Positions 22,278 through 32,930 of a stretch of 64,000 nucleotides of DNA are shown here, piece by piece. This stretch comes from Thermodesulfobacteriota bacterium (GTDB taxonomy: Bacteria > Desulfobacterota > Desulfarculia > JACQYL01): NCBI GenBank assembly GCA_963675595.2, contig CAXXLZ010000002.1, forward strand, positions 4,352,001-4,416,000, read 5' to 3'. Each line of letters opens with the position of its first letter. Positions within the stretch are counted from its first letter, which is position 1. The notes beneath the pieces were generated by a model. It saw only the letters and a program-made list of their open reading frames with translations. It was not told the origin of the DNA and ran no database searches. Position numbers and translations under genes: made by a program.

Positions 22278-23984
22278 TTGCTGTCTCGTCTGGCCATTCG
22301 CAATTTTGCCATCATCTCCTCTCTGGATTTGGCTTTCACGCCGGGTTTGAACGTACTGACCGGGGAGACGGGCGCCGGTAAGTCCATCATTCTTAACGCC
22401 GCTCATCTCCTGTTGGGCGGCAGACCCTCGACGGATTTCATTCGTACCGGGGAAAAGGAAATGAAGGTCGAAGCCGTATTCCTCGTCCCCCCGTCGAGCC
22501 TCTCGGAAGAGAGGGGCGGCGCGGCAGGGCTGGAATCGGCGGAGTTGCGTGTGGGACGGGTGATTCTCTCCGAAGGCCCCAACAAAGTCTTCATGGGCGG
22601 AAAATCCGCCACGGTGGCGACTCTGCAGGAGCGGATGCCGCACTTGATGAGCATTGTGAGTCAATTCGATCACCAGACGCTGCTCCACCGAGAAGCCCAT
22701 CTGGACATCCTGGATGAATACGGGGACCTCATCCGGCGTCGGATGCGTTACGAGGAGCGGTTCCTCTCGCTCGAGGAGCTTCATCGCCGACAACGCAATT
22801 TTCTGAGAAATCGGGCCCGCATGGCGGAGCGCCGCGAACTTCTCGAGTTTCAACTCAAAGAACTCGACAATGCCCGTATCGAGGCGGAGGAGGACGACCG
22901 CCTTCACGAGGAGCGGGAGCGTCTCAGACACGCGGGGCTGCTTTTCGAGCTTGCGGAAGGAGGATATCAACGGCTTTACGGCGAGGACCGATGCCTGCTG
23001 GACGACCTCCACGGTATCGGCCGGGACCTGGAGAAGATCGGCTCTTTGGACGGGTCGGCGTCGAGCATGAAGGAACGGTTTTCGACCCTGCTGGTGGACC
23101 TGCAGGATGTGGCGGTGGAACTCCGCGACTATGCGGAAGGCATCGTGGTGGACCCCGAGCGATTGGATCAGGTGGAGGAACGGCTCAACCGGCTGGAGGG
23201 ACTCAAGAAGAAATACGGTCCCACACTGGCCGATGTCTTGAGGCGCATGCAGGACATGCGATCCGAATTGGCGGGGCTCGAGGAACGGGACGTGGGGCAG
23301 GGGGAATTGGCCGAGCGAATTCGCGCGGCGGAAGACGACCTGGCCCGCGAAGCCCTGGAACTTTCGGACTTACGCAGGGAAAAGGCGGATACATTGGCCG
23401 GCTTGGTGGAGGAGGAACTCCGCTCCCTGAATATGCCCCATATGGTGTTCAGGGTGGATTTCGGGAGATTCACGCCGGACGACAAGGACGCCGTTGCCTG
23501 CGGTGACGTTTGGCTGAAACCCACCGGCATGGACGAAGTGGAGTTCACCATGGCGCCCAATCCGGGAGAGGAGCTGCGCCCACTGGCCAAGATCGCCTCA
23601 GGCGGTGAGCTGTCCCGGATTTTGCTCGCGGTGAAACGAATTCTCGCGGGGCGCGCATCGGTGGAGACTTTGATCTTCGACGAAGTGGACGCGGGCATCG
23701 GAGGCACCACCGCGGAACTGGTGGGCAGGAAGTTGCTGGAGATTTCCTCGTATCATCAGGTGCTCTGCATCACGCACCTGCCCCAGATCGCCTGTTACGC
23801 GGACCATCATTTCAAGGTTTACAAAGAGCTCCGGGAAGGGCGGGCGGTGACGTGCGTTCAGGAGCTGGGCGAAGAGCATCGCATCGCGGAAATCGCCAGA
23901 ATGCTGGGGGGTGGGGAAGACGATGGAGCCGCCCGCGATTACGCCCGGAAAATGATTGAACGACTGAGAAACGCGGCGCGGTGA
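22278..23984 (+). CDS. recN: DNA repair protein RecN
   Basis: TGETGAGKS, ASGGELSR, LIFDEVD.GIGG, CITHLPQIA. Confidence 0.97.
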   Translation: MLSRLAIRNFAIISSLDLAFTPGLNVLTGETGAGKSIILNAAHLLLGGRPSTDFIRTGEKEMKVEAVFLVPPSSLSEERGGAAGLESAELRVGRVILSEGPNKVFMGGKSATVATLQERMPHLMSIVSQFDHQTLLHREAHLDILDEYGDLIRRRMRYEERFLSLEELHRRQRNFLRNRARMAERRELLEFQLKELDNARIEAEEDDRLHEERERLRHAGLLFELAEGGYQRLYGEDRCLLDDLHGIGRDLEKIGSLDGSASSMKERFSTLLVDLQDVAVELRDYAEGIVVDPERLDQVEERLNRLEGLKKKYGPTLADVLRRMQDMRSELAGLEERDVGQGELAERIRAAEDDLAREALELSDLRREKADTLAGLVEEELRSLNMPHMVFRVDFGRFTPDDKDAVACGDVWLKPTGMDEVEFTMAPNPGEELRPLAKIASGGELSRILLAVKRILAGRASVETLIFDEVDAGIGGTTAELVGRKLLEISSYHQVLCITHLPQIACYADHHFKVYKELREGRAVTCVQELGEEHRIAEIARMLGGGEDDGAARDYARKMIERLRNAAR

Positions 23985-24036
23985 GTCCGGGCCGGGTGTA
24001 TTCACAGGGGCGTGACGCGACGGGCGCGCCCCACGG

Positions 24037-24993
24037 TCAATTCACATATCGAACCGTATCGCCCACATGCACCGGTGTGCCGTCCAGCGGCTCGCCCACG
24101 CAGAACAGCTCTTTGCACTCCACGAGCCGGACCCGACCCAAAGGCGGCCCGGGCATGAGGAAGGTTTCTCCGTAATAATTGGTGATCTCCTCGCCCTTTT
24201 CCCGCACTTCCAACACCGCTCCCTCCGTCAGCCCCACTTCACTCCCCGAGCTGATTCGGAAGGTGGAACCAGAGCTCTCCACCACAAAAGTCTTCCAAGG
24301 CTGGCGCTCCAGGGCTTCCACGGCCTCCTCGGTCAACTCATCGAGGCTTTCGGCCAGCAACGCTTCGGGAGGCGACTTTTTCTCCTCGATGTACTGGAGA
24401 ATGTTGTCGTAACGGTTGTCGATCTTGAGGTAGGGGGATCGTTGACCCTGATAGAGCACCGTTCCGGTTTCAGGGTCCACCACTTTGATCTGGATCACCA
24501 CCTGCATGGTGGGCACTTCGTCCCGGAAACCATAAATGCCGAATTTCTTTCTGCGGTAGGTGAGCTCGGATATGGAGGCCCTGACAAAGGCGTTGAGTCC
24601 CCAAGTTCGACCGAATTGCAGCACGGCGTGACTGTCGTCTCGCCCGAAGTCGCCGCTATCCATGAGGAGCGCCAGGGTATCGGAATCCATCACTTTAAAG
24701 CGCGGGTTCGCCTCGATCATCTTCGTGAGCCGCTTATCAAGGGACTCGGCGTACGCGTTCATTTCCTCGGACTGGAAAAAGGTGCGGTTGGCCACACCCA
24801 CCACGGCGATCTTCTTCCGATAAGGGGCTTCGTCCGTGGAATCGAGGCCCACGGTATCCTTGGCCCATCGCACCGCTGAACAGCCGCCGGCGACCAGAGG
24901 AATGAGCAACAGGCACATCATCAGCATTGCCGCGCGTGCACGGAATCTTGCAGGCAAAGATGGAGAATCAGTAAGCGATGGAAAAATCATCAA
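24037..24993 (-). CDS. Putative lipoprotein (CsgG/FlgT-like)
   Basis: LVAGGC lipobox, KKIAVV domain and C-terminal beta domain (GSEVGL..G..LEV); start uncertain. Confidence 0.55.
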   Translation of the reverse strand: MMIFPSLTDSPSLPARFRARAAMLMMCLLLIPLVAGGCSAVRWAKDTVGLDSTDEAPYRKKIAVVGVANRTFFQSEEMNAYAESLDKRLTKMIEANPRFKVMDSDTLALLMDSGDFGRDDSHAVLQFGRTWGLNAFVRASISELTYRRKKFGIYGFRDEVPTMQVVIQIKVVDPETGTVLYQGQRSPYLKIDNRYDNILQYIEEKKSPPEALLAESLDELTEEAVEALERQPWKTFVVESSGSTFRISSGSEVGLTEGAVLEVREKGEEITNYYGETFLMPGPPLGRVRLVECKELFCVGEPLDGTPVHVGDTVRYVN

Positions 24994-25246
24994 ATTCGTC
25001 CTTAAATGGTTCCCATTCCACCTCCACGCGGGTCACTCGCGCGGAACTCGGACCCTGGTGGCACCATTGGATCAATCTTTCGACCGCGGCGCGGTCTCCT
25101 TCCGCCAAGGCTTCCACGTCGCCGCTCACCATGTTGCGGACCCACCCGACGACTTGAAGTCTCCGAGCCTGGTCACGCGTGGAAGCACGAAAAAACACGC
25201 CCTGCACCCTTCCGTGAATCCGCAGTCGGGCTCTCGCTTTTTCCAT
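24968..25246 (-). CDS. acyP: Acylphosphatase
   Basis: [21 protein letters not shown]. Confidence 0.93.
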   Translation of the reverse strand: MEKARARLRIHGRVQGVFFRASTRDQARRLQVVGWVRNMVSGDVEALAEGDRAAVERLIQWCHQGPSSARVTRVEVEWEPFKDEFDDFSIAY

Positions 25247-25490
25247 AGGTCACCTCCGAACGGTTTCCCCGGCCGAGAACAACGCCATGTGGGTCGTCCA
25301 CACGGCGAATCGGTTGCGTCGGCGGCGCAACATCCCCGTTTTCAACGGATTGATGCGCGGAAATCCACCCCACCGAAGGAACGCCGAGTGTAACAGGAAG
25401 CCGGAGTGAAATCAATGGATGAGGGCCGCGCGACTACGCTTTGTGCTACAGAGCCGATTGCGGAGGAAAAGTTCCTGAAAATCGGCGATG

Positions 25491-25525
25491 AAAAGGGACC
25501 CGGCCCGCGCGAGGCGAAGGCCGGG
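25491..25525 (-). terminator. Probable terminator of the pre-crRNA transcript
   Basis: CCCGGCC/GGCCGGG stem with TTTT on the minus strand, 30 bp past the leader-distal repeat. Confidence 0.55.
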
Positions 25526-25554
25526 GACGACGTGGACGGGAAAAGGCCGTGCCG

Positions 25555-28500
25555 GGCCTATCCCCGCGTGTGCGGGGGAATCTCCTTCAGCACGCCGCCT
25601 TCCCGGATTTTCATAGGCCTATCCCCGCGTGTGCGGGGGAATCCCGTGTACCTGCTGTCTCAGCTCGATGCCGCACGGCCTATCCCCGCGTGTGAGGGGG
25701 AATCCAAGCGCCCAACTCTGCGACCGCCCTTTTCGTGGGCCTATCCCCGCGTGTGCGGGGGAATCAGGCTGCCGGAGGGAGTGACTTCGTATTCGTACGG
25801 CCTATCCCCGCGTGTGCGGGGGAATCTGCCACGTGGGCTTTTCGGCTGCCTCAAGCTGCGGCCTATCCCCGCGTGTGCGGGGGAATCCTTCGGAACATCG
25901 GCCTCGGTCTTCCACACGACGGCCTATCCCCGCGTGTGCGGGGGAATCGGCGGACAAAGCCGACACCAGGGCAACGACTCGGGCCTATCCCCGCGTGTGC
26001 GGGGGAAACGAATCCAGATGCAATCGAGTATTCGGGAAGAAAGGCCTATCCCCGCGTGTGCGGGGGAAACATAGCGAAGAACCGGCGGAGACGGTGCAGG
26101 ATGGGCCTATCCCCGCGTGTGCGGGGGAAACTCATGGGCATACTGGATCGCGGATCGCCGCAGCGGCCTATCCCCGCGTGTGCGGGGGAAACCGGAGACG
26201 AGAATGGTATATAGTAAAACGGAAAGGCCTATCCCCGCGTGTGCGGGGGAAACAATAACATGGACTTCGTATTAGTATTCGGTTCAGGCCTATCCCCGCG
26301 TGTGCGGGGGAAACTTTGATTATGATAGTGATAAGAAGATCTATTCAGGCCTATCCCCGCGTGTGCGGGGGAAACTGCGTTCGGAGGGAATTCGGCGAAG
26401 TCGAAGGAGGCCTATCCCCGCGTGTGCGGGGGAAACGGAAACAAGAGCTTGTGAATACAGGCTGTACAAGGCCTATCCCCGCGTGTGCGGGGGAAACGCA
26501 CTGGCCTTGCTTGCTCAAGAACTTCTTCCAGGCCTATCCCCGCGTGTGCGGGGGAAACTTTCAGATGATGGCCCCAAACACCCCGGCATAGGGCCTATCC
26601 CCGCGTGTGCGGGGGAAACCGGTCGGTGACGATTTGATATACGTTCATAATGGGCCTATCCCCGCGTGTGCGGGGGAAACTGCCTTTACTTCACTATACG
26701 GATTTCCAAAGCAGGCCTATCCCCGCGTGTGCGGGGGAAACCGTCAAGGAGCCCCCCGGGGCTCTGTCTCGAAAGGCCTATCCCCGCGTGTGCGGGGGAA
26801 ACTGGCTGTTTTGCGCACCCCTGCGCAGTGCCATGGGCCTATCCCCGCGTGTGCGGGGGAAACTCTATCAGAAGCACTTCAGCGTAGGGATTCAAAGGCC
26901 TATCCCCGCGTGTGCGGGGGAAACAAAGCGAAAATGAGTGAGAATAGAGGGCGTATAGGCCTATCCCCGCGTGTGCGGGGGAAACTACGGGAGGCGGGAT
27001 AGATGGGCCGGGGGAAAACGGCCTATCCCCGCGTGTGCGGGGGAAACCCTCGAGGGCCGGGTATGATGGCTGCGTAGGCAGGCCTATCCCCGCGTGTGCG
27101 GGGGAAACTGGCGATCGTGACTAAGCGCGATCTGGGCGTCAGGCCTATCCCCGCGTGTGCGGGGGAAACAAAGGCACATTTATAAGAGCACTACTGGCAT
27201 GAGGCCTATCCCCGCGTGTGCGGGGGAAACTCGGCATGATCTTTTATTTTCTTCCTGGTACGAGGCCTATCCCCGCGTGTGCGGGGGAAACTGGAAATGA
27301 AAAAAAACCGAAACTGAAGGGGAGGGCCTATCCCCGCGTGTGCGGGGGAAACCTTTATCGCATTATCGGGCGCGATACTCTCTTGGGCCTATCCCCGCGT
27401 GTGCGGGGGAAACCATGGATCTCATCCTCTTGCTCCCTTTCTTATAGGCCTATCCCCGCGTGTGCGGGGGAAACACATATAGACTGGTATCGTAGATGAA
27501 GCAACGGGGCCTATCCCCGCGTGTGCGGGGGAAACAGAGCTTTTCACAAAGTAGGTCATACGATCATAGGCCTATCCCCGCGTGTGCGGGGGAAACCTTC
27601 GCTTCCTGCGCTTTCTGCGCTTCCCTGCCGGCCTATCCCCGCGTGTGCGGGGGAAACCTGAATATTATTCTACCCTATTCCATGAACTAGGGCCTATCCC
27701 CGCGTGTGCGGGGGAAACGTGAATGGTGGGTTGAGCAATGGGGTTGTTCAAGGCCTATCCCCGCGTGTGCGGGGGGAAACGACTGTTAATAGTGGATATC
27801 CCGAATAAGAAAAGGCCTATCCCCGCGTGTGCGGGGGAAACGTACGGCAAAACGAGGAAGAAGCAAGCCAAAGGGGCCTATCCCCGCGTGTGCGGGGGAA
27901 ACTTCGGGATGATTTCCATGACACGCATACGTACAGGCCTATCCCCGCGTGTGCGGGGGAAACCTAAGAGCGGCCTTCTGGGCGGCTTCCTCATGGGGCC
28001 TATCCCCGCGTGTGCGGGGGAAACCTAAAAGAGTACTATTCTTTCCCCTGGGAAATGGGCCTATCCCCGCGTGTGCGGGGGAAACTCGACATGATCGAGG
28101 AAAAGAGGCAATCGTATAGGCCTATCCCCGCGTGTGCGGGGGAAACTATACGCTAATCTCTATAGTGGATACGGTTTGGGGCCTATCCCCGCGTGTGCGG
28201 GGGAAACTCCTTATTAGTGTTTCAAAAAGACTATAGGTAAGGCCTATCCCCGCGTGTGCGGGGGAAACGGATACTCATATTCACCATTAAGAAGCAAAAC
28301 GGGCCTATCCCCGCGTGTGCGGGGGAAACCTTCATCAGGCATACCGTCTAGTGTCTCCCAGAGGCCTATCCCCGCGTGTGCGGGGGAAACTTCTTTACTT
28401 CTGAAATGGATCCGATAGCATGGGGCCTATCCCCGCGTGTGCGGGGGAAACTTCAGGCTCCGGCAGTCCTTCGACATCGCCGAAGGCCTATCCCCGCGTG

Positions 28501-31500
28501 TGCGGGGGAAACCCCTCTGTTTCGCCGCCTTGATCATCTCGTTCAGGCCTATCCCCGCGTGTGCGGGGGAAACACTACATGGGAATCAAGGGTAAATAAT
28601 ATGTCAGGCCTATCCCCGCGTGTGCGGGGGAAACCTGAAATATCAATTTCCTCTAATGTATTAAGAAGGCCTATCCCCGCGTGTGCGGGGGAAACGTAGC
28701 TACGCGGAAATTGAAAGAGACTTGGACGGGCCTATCCCCGCGTGTGCGGGGGAAACTCCATTCACTATAATGCCCAGCTAGTGCTTTCAGGCCTATCCCC
28801 GCGTGTGCGGGGGAAACCGATTTTTGATGCATCACCCCGAACGGATTTAAGGCCTATCCCCGCGTGTGCGGGGGAAACTGCGAAGCAGGCTTTCTTCTGA
28901 GGCTTCAAGCCGGCCTATCCCCGCGTGTGCGGGGGAAACTCAACGGATATCAAGAGCACTACGGAAGAAACAGGCCTATCCCCGCGTGTGCGGGGGAAAC
29001 CTACTACGTATTCAATCGATCTCAAATTGATGGGGCCTATCCCCGCGTGTGCGGGGGAAACGTTATCACGTGATATCACATAGTTACAAGCGGCGGCCTA
29101 TCCCCGCGTGTGCGGGGGAAACATGGTACGGGGAAAAACAGAACGGAATACCCGGGGCCTATCCCCGCGTGTGCGGGGGAAACCCTTCGGCAAGAAATCG
29201 ACGCATGGAAGTATGCGGCCTATCCCCGCGTGTGCGGGGGAAACAGATAGGTATGAGATTATTTGAGTCATGAATAAGGCCTATCCCCGCGTGTGCGGGG
29301 GGGAAACTTACGGGAGGATTACGATAGTCTTTTACAATCGGGCCTATCCCCGCGTGTGCGGGGGAAACAAGTAGGTTCGTTATTGCATCAGCGCTTCAAC
29401 AGGCCTATCCCCGCGTGTGCGGGGGAAACTATGCCGCGGATCGTGGAACGAGGGTGCATGCAGGCCTATCCCCGCGTGTGCGGGGGAAACGTTTCCGGTT
29501 GTCCGCGAAATCAACCGCTATCAGGCCTATCCCCGCGTGTGCGGGGGAAACTTTCTTTTCCTGAAGGGATACTGTCAAGGGCGGGGCCTATCCCCGCGTG
29601 TGCGGGGGAAACTCGAGTGCTGAAGAGCTTTAGTGCTTTCCAGTAGGCCTATCCCCGCGTGTGCGGGGGAAACGGGTATTCATGTTCGCCGTTCAGTAGA
29701 AGTACGGGCCTATCCCCGCGTGTGCGGGGGAAACCAAAAGCATATACTTCTCTAGACGTGCCTTCCAGGCCTATCCCCGCGTGTGCGGGGGAAACTCTGG
29801 AAGGGTTGGGAAATCGGCGTATCCGTGGGGCCTATCCCCGCGTGTGCGGGGGAAACGCCTATTTCGGCGACTAACTCTTCATAGCTATAGGCCTATCCCC
29901 GCGTGTGCGGGGGAAACTCCTGTGAAACGATTGTAGCAGGATATCATAATGGCCTATCCCCGCGTGTGCGGGGGAAACATGGCACTATGCCTTTTTCCAA
30001 CTCCTGGATGAGGCCTATCCCCGCGTGTGCGGGGGAAACCGTAAAAATGCGGAGGTGAGGCAGTGGCAAGGGGGCCTATCCCCGCGTGTGCGGGGGAAAC
30101 CTCCATCTACGATACCAGTCTATATGTGAATCAGGCCTATCCCCGCGTGTGCGGGGGAAACCATCCGTGGTCGGCTCACAATAGAGAAGAGTCAGGCCTA
30201 TCCCCGCGTGTGCGGGGGAAACACCATCTCCCAATCGATAACTGTGATACTATCAGGCCTATCCCCGCGTGTGCGGGGGAAACGCGCCGGAGAATGCCCT
30301 ACAATCAACGAAAACCGGCCTATCCCCGCGTGTGCGGGGGAAACGCTCTTATCCGGGAACGCCTAGGTAAGGGGAAGGGCCTATCCCCGCGTGTGCGGGG
30401 GAAACTTGGCATGATCTTTTATTTCCTTCTTGGTACAAGGCCTATCCCCGCGTGTGCGGGGGAAACAAACACGTTTCGAGCATACCACAAGATATAGTGG
30501 GCCTATCCCCGCGTGTGCGGGGGAAACGCCGCTTGTAACTATGTGATATCACGTGATAACGGCCTATCCCGCGTGTGCGGGGGAAACTTGGTGAAATACT
30601 CGCGATCTTGCCGGTGATCGGGCCTATCCCCGCGTGTGCGGGGGAAACTGTATGATCTGCTCGACCTGGATATCAGCCCGGGGCCTATCCCCGCGTGTGC
30701 GGGGGAAACTTCGCATGCGCTTGGGATGGTAGGCTGGTCTGGGGCCTATCCCCGCGTGTGCGGGGGAAACCCGCTTGGTCGGCATGGCCATTGCCTATGC
30801 CAAGGCCTATCCCCGCGTGTGCGGGGGAAACGAAACGCAGTGGATCCAGGCCGAGCGGAGGGCGGGCCTATCCCCGCGTGTGCGGGGGAAACACGGCTTC
30901 CCAACCGCCTTTTCGATACGCCGCGGGCCTATCCCCGCGTGTGCGGGGGAAACCTGGCGATATCCACCAGTGCGGATGACAGGTGCGGCCTATCCCCGCG
31001 TGTGCGGGGGAAACGCTTCTCCTGAACGGCGAGCACGAATACCCTGAGGCCTATCCCCGCGTGTGCGGGGGAAACCAACGGCGCGGCTGAATTTTTCGAG
31101 CCGGAGAAGGCCTATCCCCGCGTGTGCGGGGGAAACCTAATACTATCATGGCATATATTCCGATATAGAGGCCTATCCCCGCGTGTGCGGGGGAAACGCG
31201 ACGAACCGGACGCCGGCGTCAACATCAATAGGCCTATCCCCGCGTGTGCGGGGGAAACCGCGCGCCCTTCCCGGATTGCACCACGATGAGAGGCCTATCC
31301 CCGCGTGTGCGGGGGAAACATCGTTAGATGGCTGTAAAGTGGAACCAGACGGGGCCTATCCCCGCGTGTGCGGGGGAAACCGTTCGGAACGTCGAACCAT
31401 CGACCCGGAGAAGGGCCTATCCCCGCGTGTGCGGGGGAAACTCTCATACCTATCTTAGAATGTAAAGAAAAAAAGGCCTATCCCCGCGTGTGCGGGGGAA

Positions 31501-31624
31501 ACATAGACTGGTATGATGGATGGAGCAAGGGTTTGGGCCTATCCCCGCGTGTGCGGGGGAAACTGTTCCACTACATGGGAGAAGTCGCGCGAGCCAGGCC
31601 TATCCCCGCGTGTGCGGGGGAAAC
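25555..31624 (-). CRISPR. Type I-E CRISPR array, 100 repeats / 99 spacers
   Basis: 28-bp repeat GGCCTATCCCCGCGTGTGCGGGGGAAAC (minus strand GTTTCCCCCGCACACGCGGGGATAGGCC), 61-bp period, 33-nt spacers; orientation from similarity to E. coli-type I-E repeats, leader next to cas2 and variant repeats at the far end. Confidence 0.98.
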
Positions 31625-31708
31625 CCTTTCCGGAACAAACCAATTTTGTTCCCTTTTTCGGGCATGGAAATCAAACCCCTATGTAACTACCCGATATGCT
31701 TCAATCCG
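31625..31708 (-). promoter_or_regulatory. CRISPR leader
   Basis: AT-richer non-coding stretch between the cas2 stop and the first repeat. Confidence 0.7.
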
Positions 31709-32071
31709 TCAATCCGCGACTTCCGGAGTGCCGTGAAGGCCCAACCGGGCGTACGTCTCCAGCGCTTTCCATTTTTCCTTTGTGGGTTCCGACCGGGTGG
31801 CCACCACGCCGTCCATCACCACGAACTCGCGGGGAGGGATGCCCAGAACCCGGAGAGCCTGCCCGCCGGGAAGGGCTCCGTCGTCCCAGGTCATCACGAT
31901 GGAACCGCCGCCCAGGTCCAGGAACCAATCCTCCAGCACCTTCCATATCCGCTCCCGCACTCCGGCCGTCACTTGAGGCCCGGTATACACGCCGGGCCCG
32001 ATTTCCAGCATCACCGAGGCGAGAAAGCCGCGGAAACGGTCGGGAACGTCACGCGTCGCCACCACCAGCAT
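31709..32071 (-). CDS. cas2: Type I-E Cas2
   Basis: VVATRDVPDRFRGFLAS.MLE..PGVY, VRERIW; overlaps cas1 end. Confidence 0.92.
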   Translation of the reverse strand: MLVVATRDVPDRFRGFLASVMLEIGPGVYTGPQVTAGVRERIWKVLEDWFLDLGGGSIVMTWDDGALPGGQALRVLGIPPREFVVMDGVVATRSEPTKEKWKALETYARLGLHGTPEVAD

Positions 32072-32930
32072 CGAACAGCTCCTTGATTTTGTCGATCATA
32101 TCCGGAATGACCTTCTTCCTTTTCAGGTTTACCCCCATGAGTCGGCGAACCTTGCGTTCCAGGTTTTCGGCGGGAACCTTCAAGAACGACGCCACGGACT
32201 CGAAGGCCGTGGGAATGGTGACTTCCGTGCGATAGAGGTCCGCCACGTCCAGCACGAAAGAAATTCCCGCGTCTTCGTGAATGAACCCCAGTTGGGGAAT
32301 GGTCCCCGTGGCCGCCACGGCGATGGAAGCCGCGGCCTCCATGACCGTTGCCGCGTGGTTGATGGCCTGATTGGGCAGGTCGGCGAGTTCCGGTTCCCCG
32401 CGGTCGTATCTCCGGGCTCTCCATTCAATTCCGTACACCTCGGCGATGCGCTGGTAGGCCGCTCTCATGCGGGCGCCCTCGATCCCCCGAAGCGCGTTGA
32501 GATTGGACTGAGGCGGGATTTCCCCCAGGCGCCACAAATACAGGGTCCGGGTTACCTCCCGCCTGCGTTTCGGGTCCGCCCACAGTTCCGCCTGGATTCT
32601 CGCGAGGCGCGCTCGCCCCGACGGCAAAGGCGGAACGCTGTAAACGCGGGCTCCGTCTTCTCCCACGGCCAGGTAGCCGGTGCCGTGGCGGGCTAGCAGA
32701 CGCATGGCGTCGTGGCTGATGGTGGAGCCCGGCCCCAAGAGGATGAACGAAATGGATTGGAAGGGCAGGGCGTAATCTCCCGAAACCAACTCGTCGGACC
32801 CGGCGGTGAGGAAGCGGAGCGTTCCGTCCCGCACGTGCAAATGACCTCGGGAGAGCCATACCAGGCCGTGGCGGTCCCCGTGGGGCACGCGGGCCGTCTC
32901 CAGACCGAGCCTTCCCTTGAGGGCGCTCAT
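32049..32930 (-). CDS. cas1: Type I-E Cas1
   Basis: LLGPGSTISH, LRGIEG.R, PQLGFIH, FVLDVADLY. Confidence 0.95.
   Translation of the reverse strand: MSALKGRLGLETARVPHGDRHGLVWLSRGHLHVRDGTLRFLTAGSDELVSGDYALPFQSISFILLGPGSTISHDAMRLLARHGTGYLAVGEDGARVYSVPPLPSGRARLARIQAELWADPKRRREVTRTLYLWRLGEIPPQSNLNALRGIEGARMRAAYQRIAEVYGIEWRARRYDRGEPELADLPNQAINHAATVMEAAASIAVAATGTIPQLGFIHEDAGISFVLDVADLYRTEVTIPTAFESVASFLKVPAENLERKVRRLMGVNLKRKKVIPDMIDKIKELFDAGGGDA

Noticed and set aside
26986-27019. Spacer 24 ending GGGGGAAAAC, similar to the repeat end
   Set aside because: Only ~9 nt of low-complexity similarity; not enough to call a repeat-derived spacer
25583-31596. Short 7-12 nt matches between other spacers (e.g. 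AAGAGCACTAC, ACTACATGGGA, CCTTCCCGGATT) and possible self-targeting in the window
   Set aside because: Matches this short are expected by chance among 99 spacers; no full-length self match noticed, though the search was not exhaustive
25406-31736. Many ORFs with repeating AYPRVCGG / GLSPRVRG / RPIPACAGE
   Set aside because: Translations of CRISPR repeats, not genes
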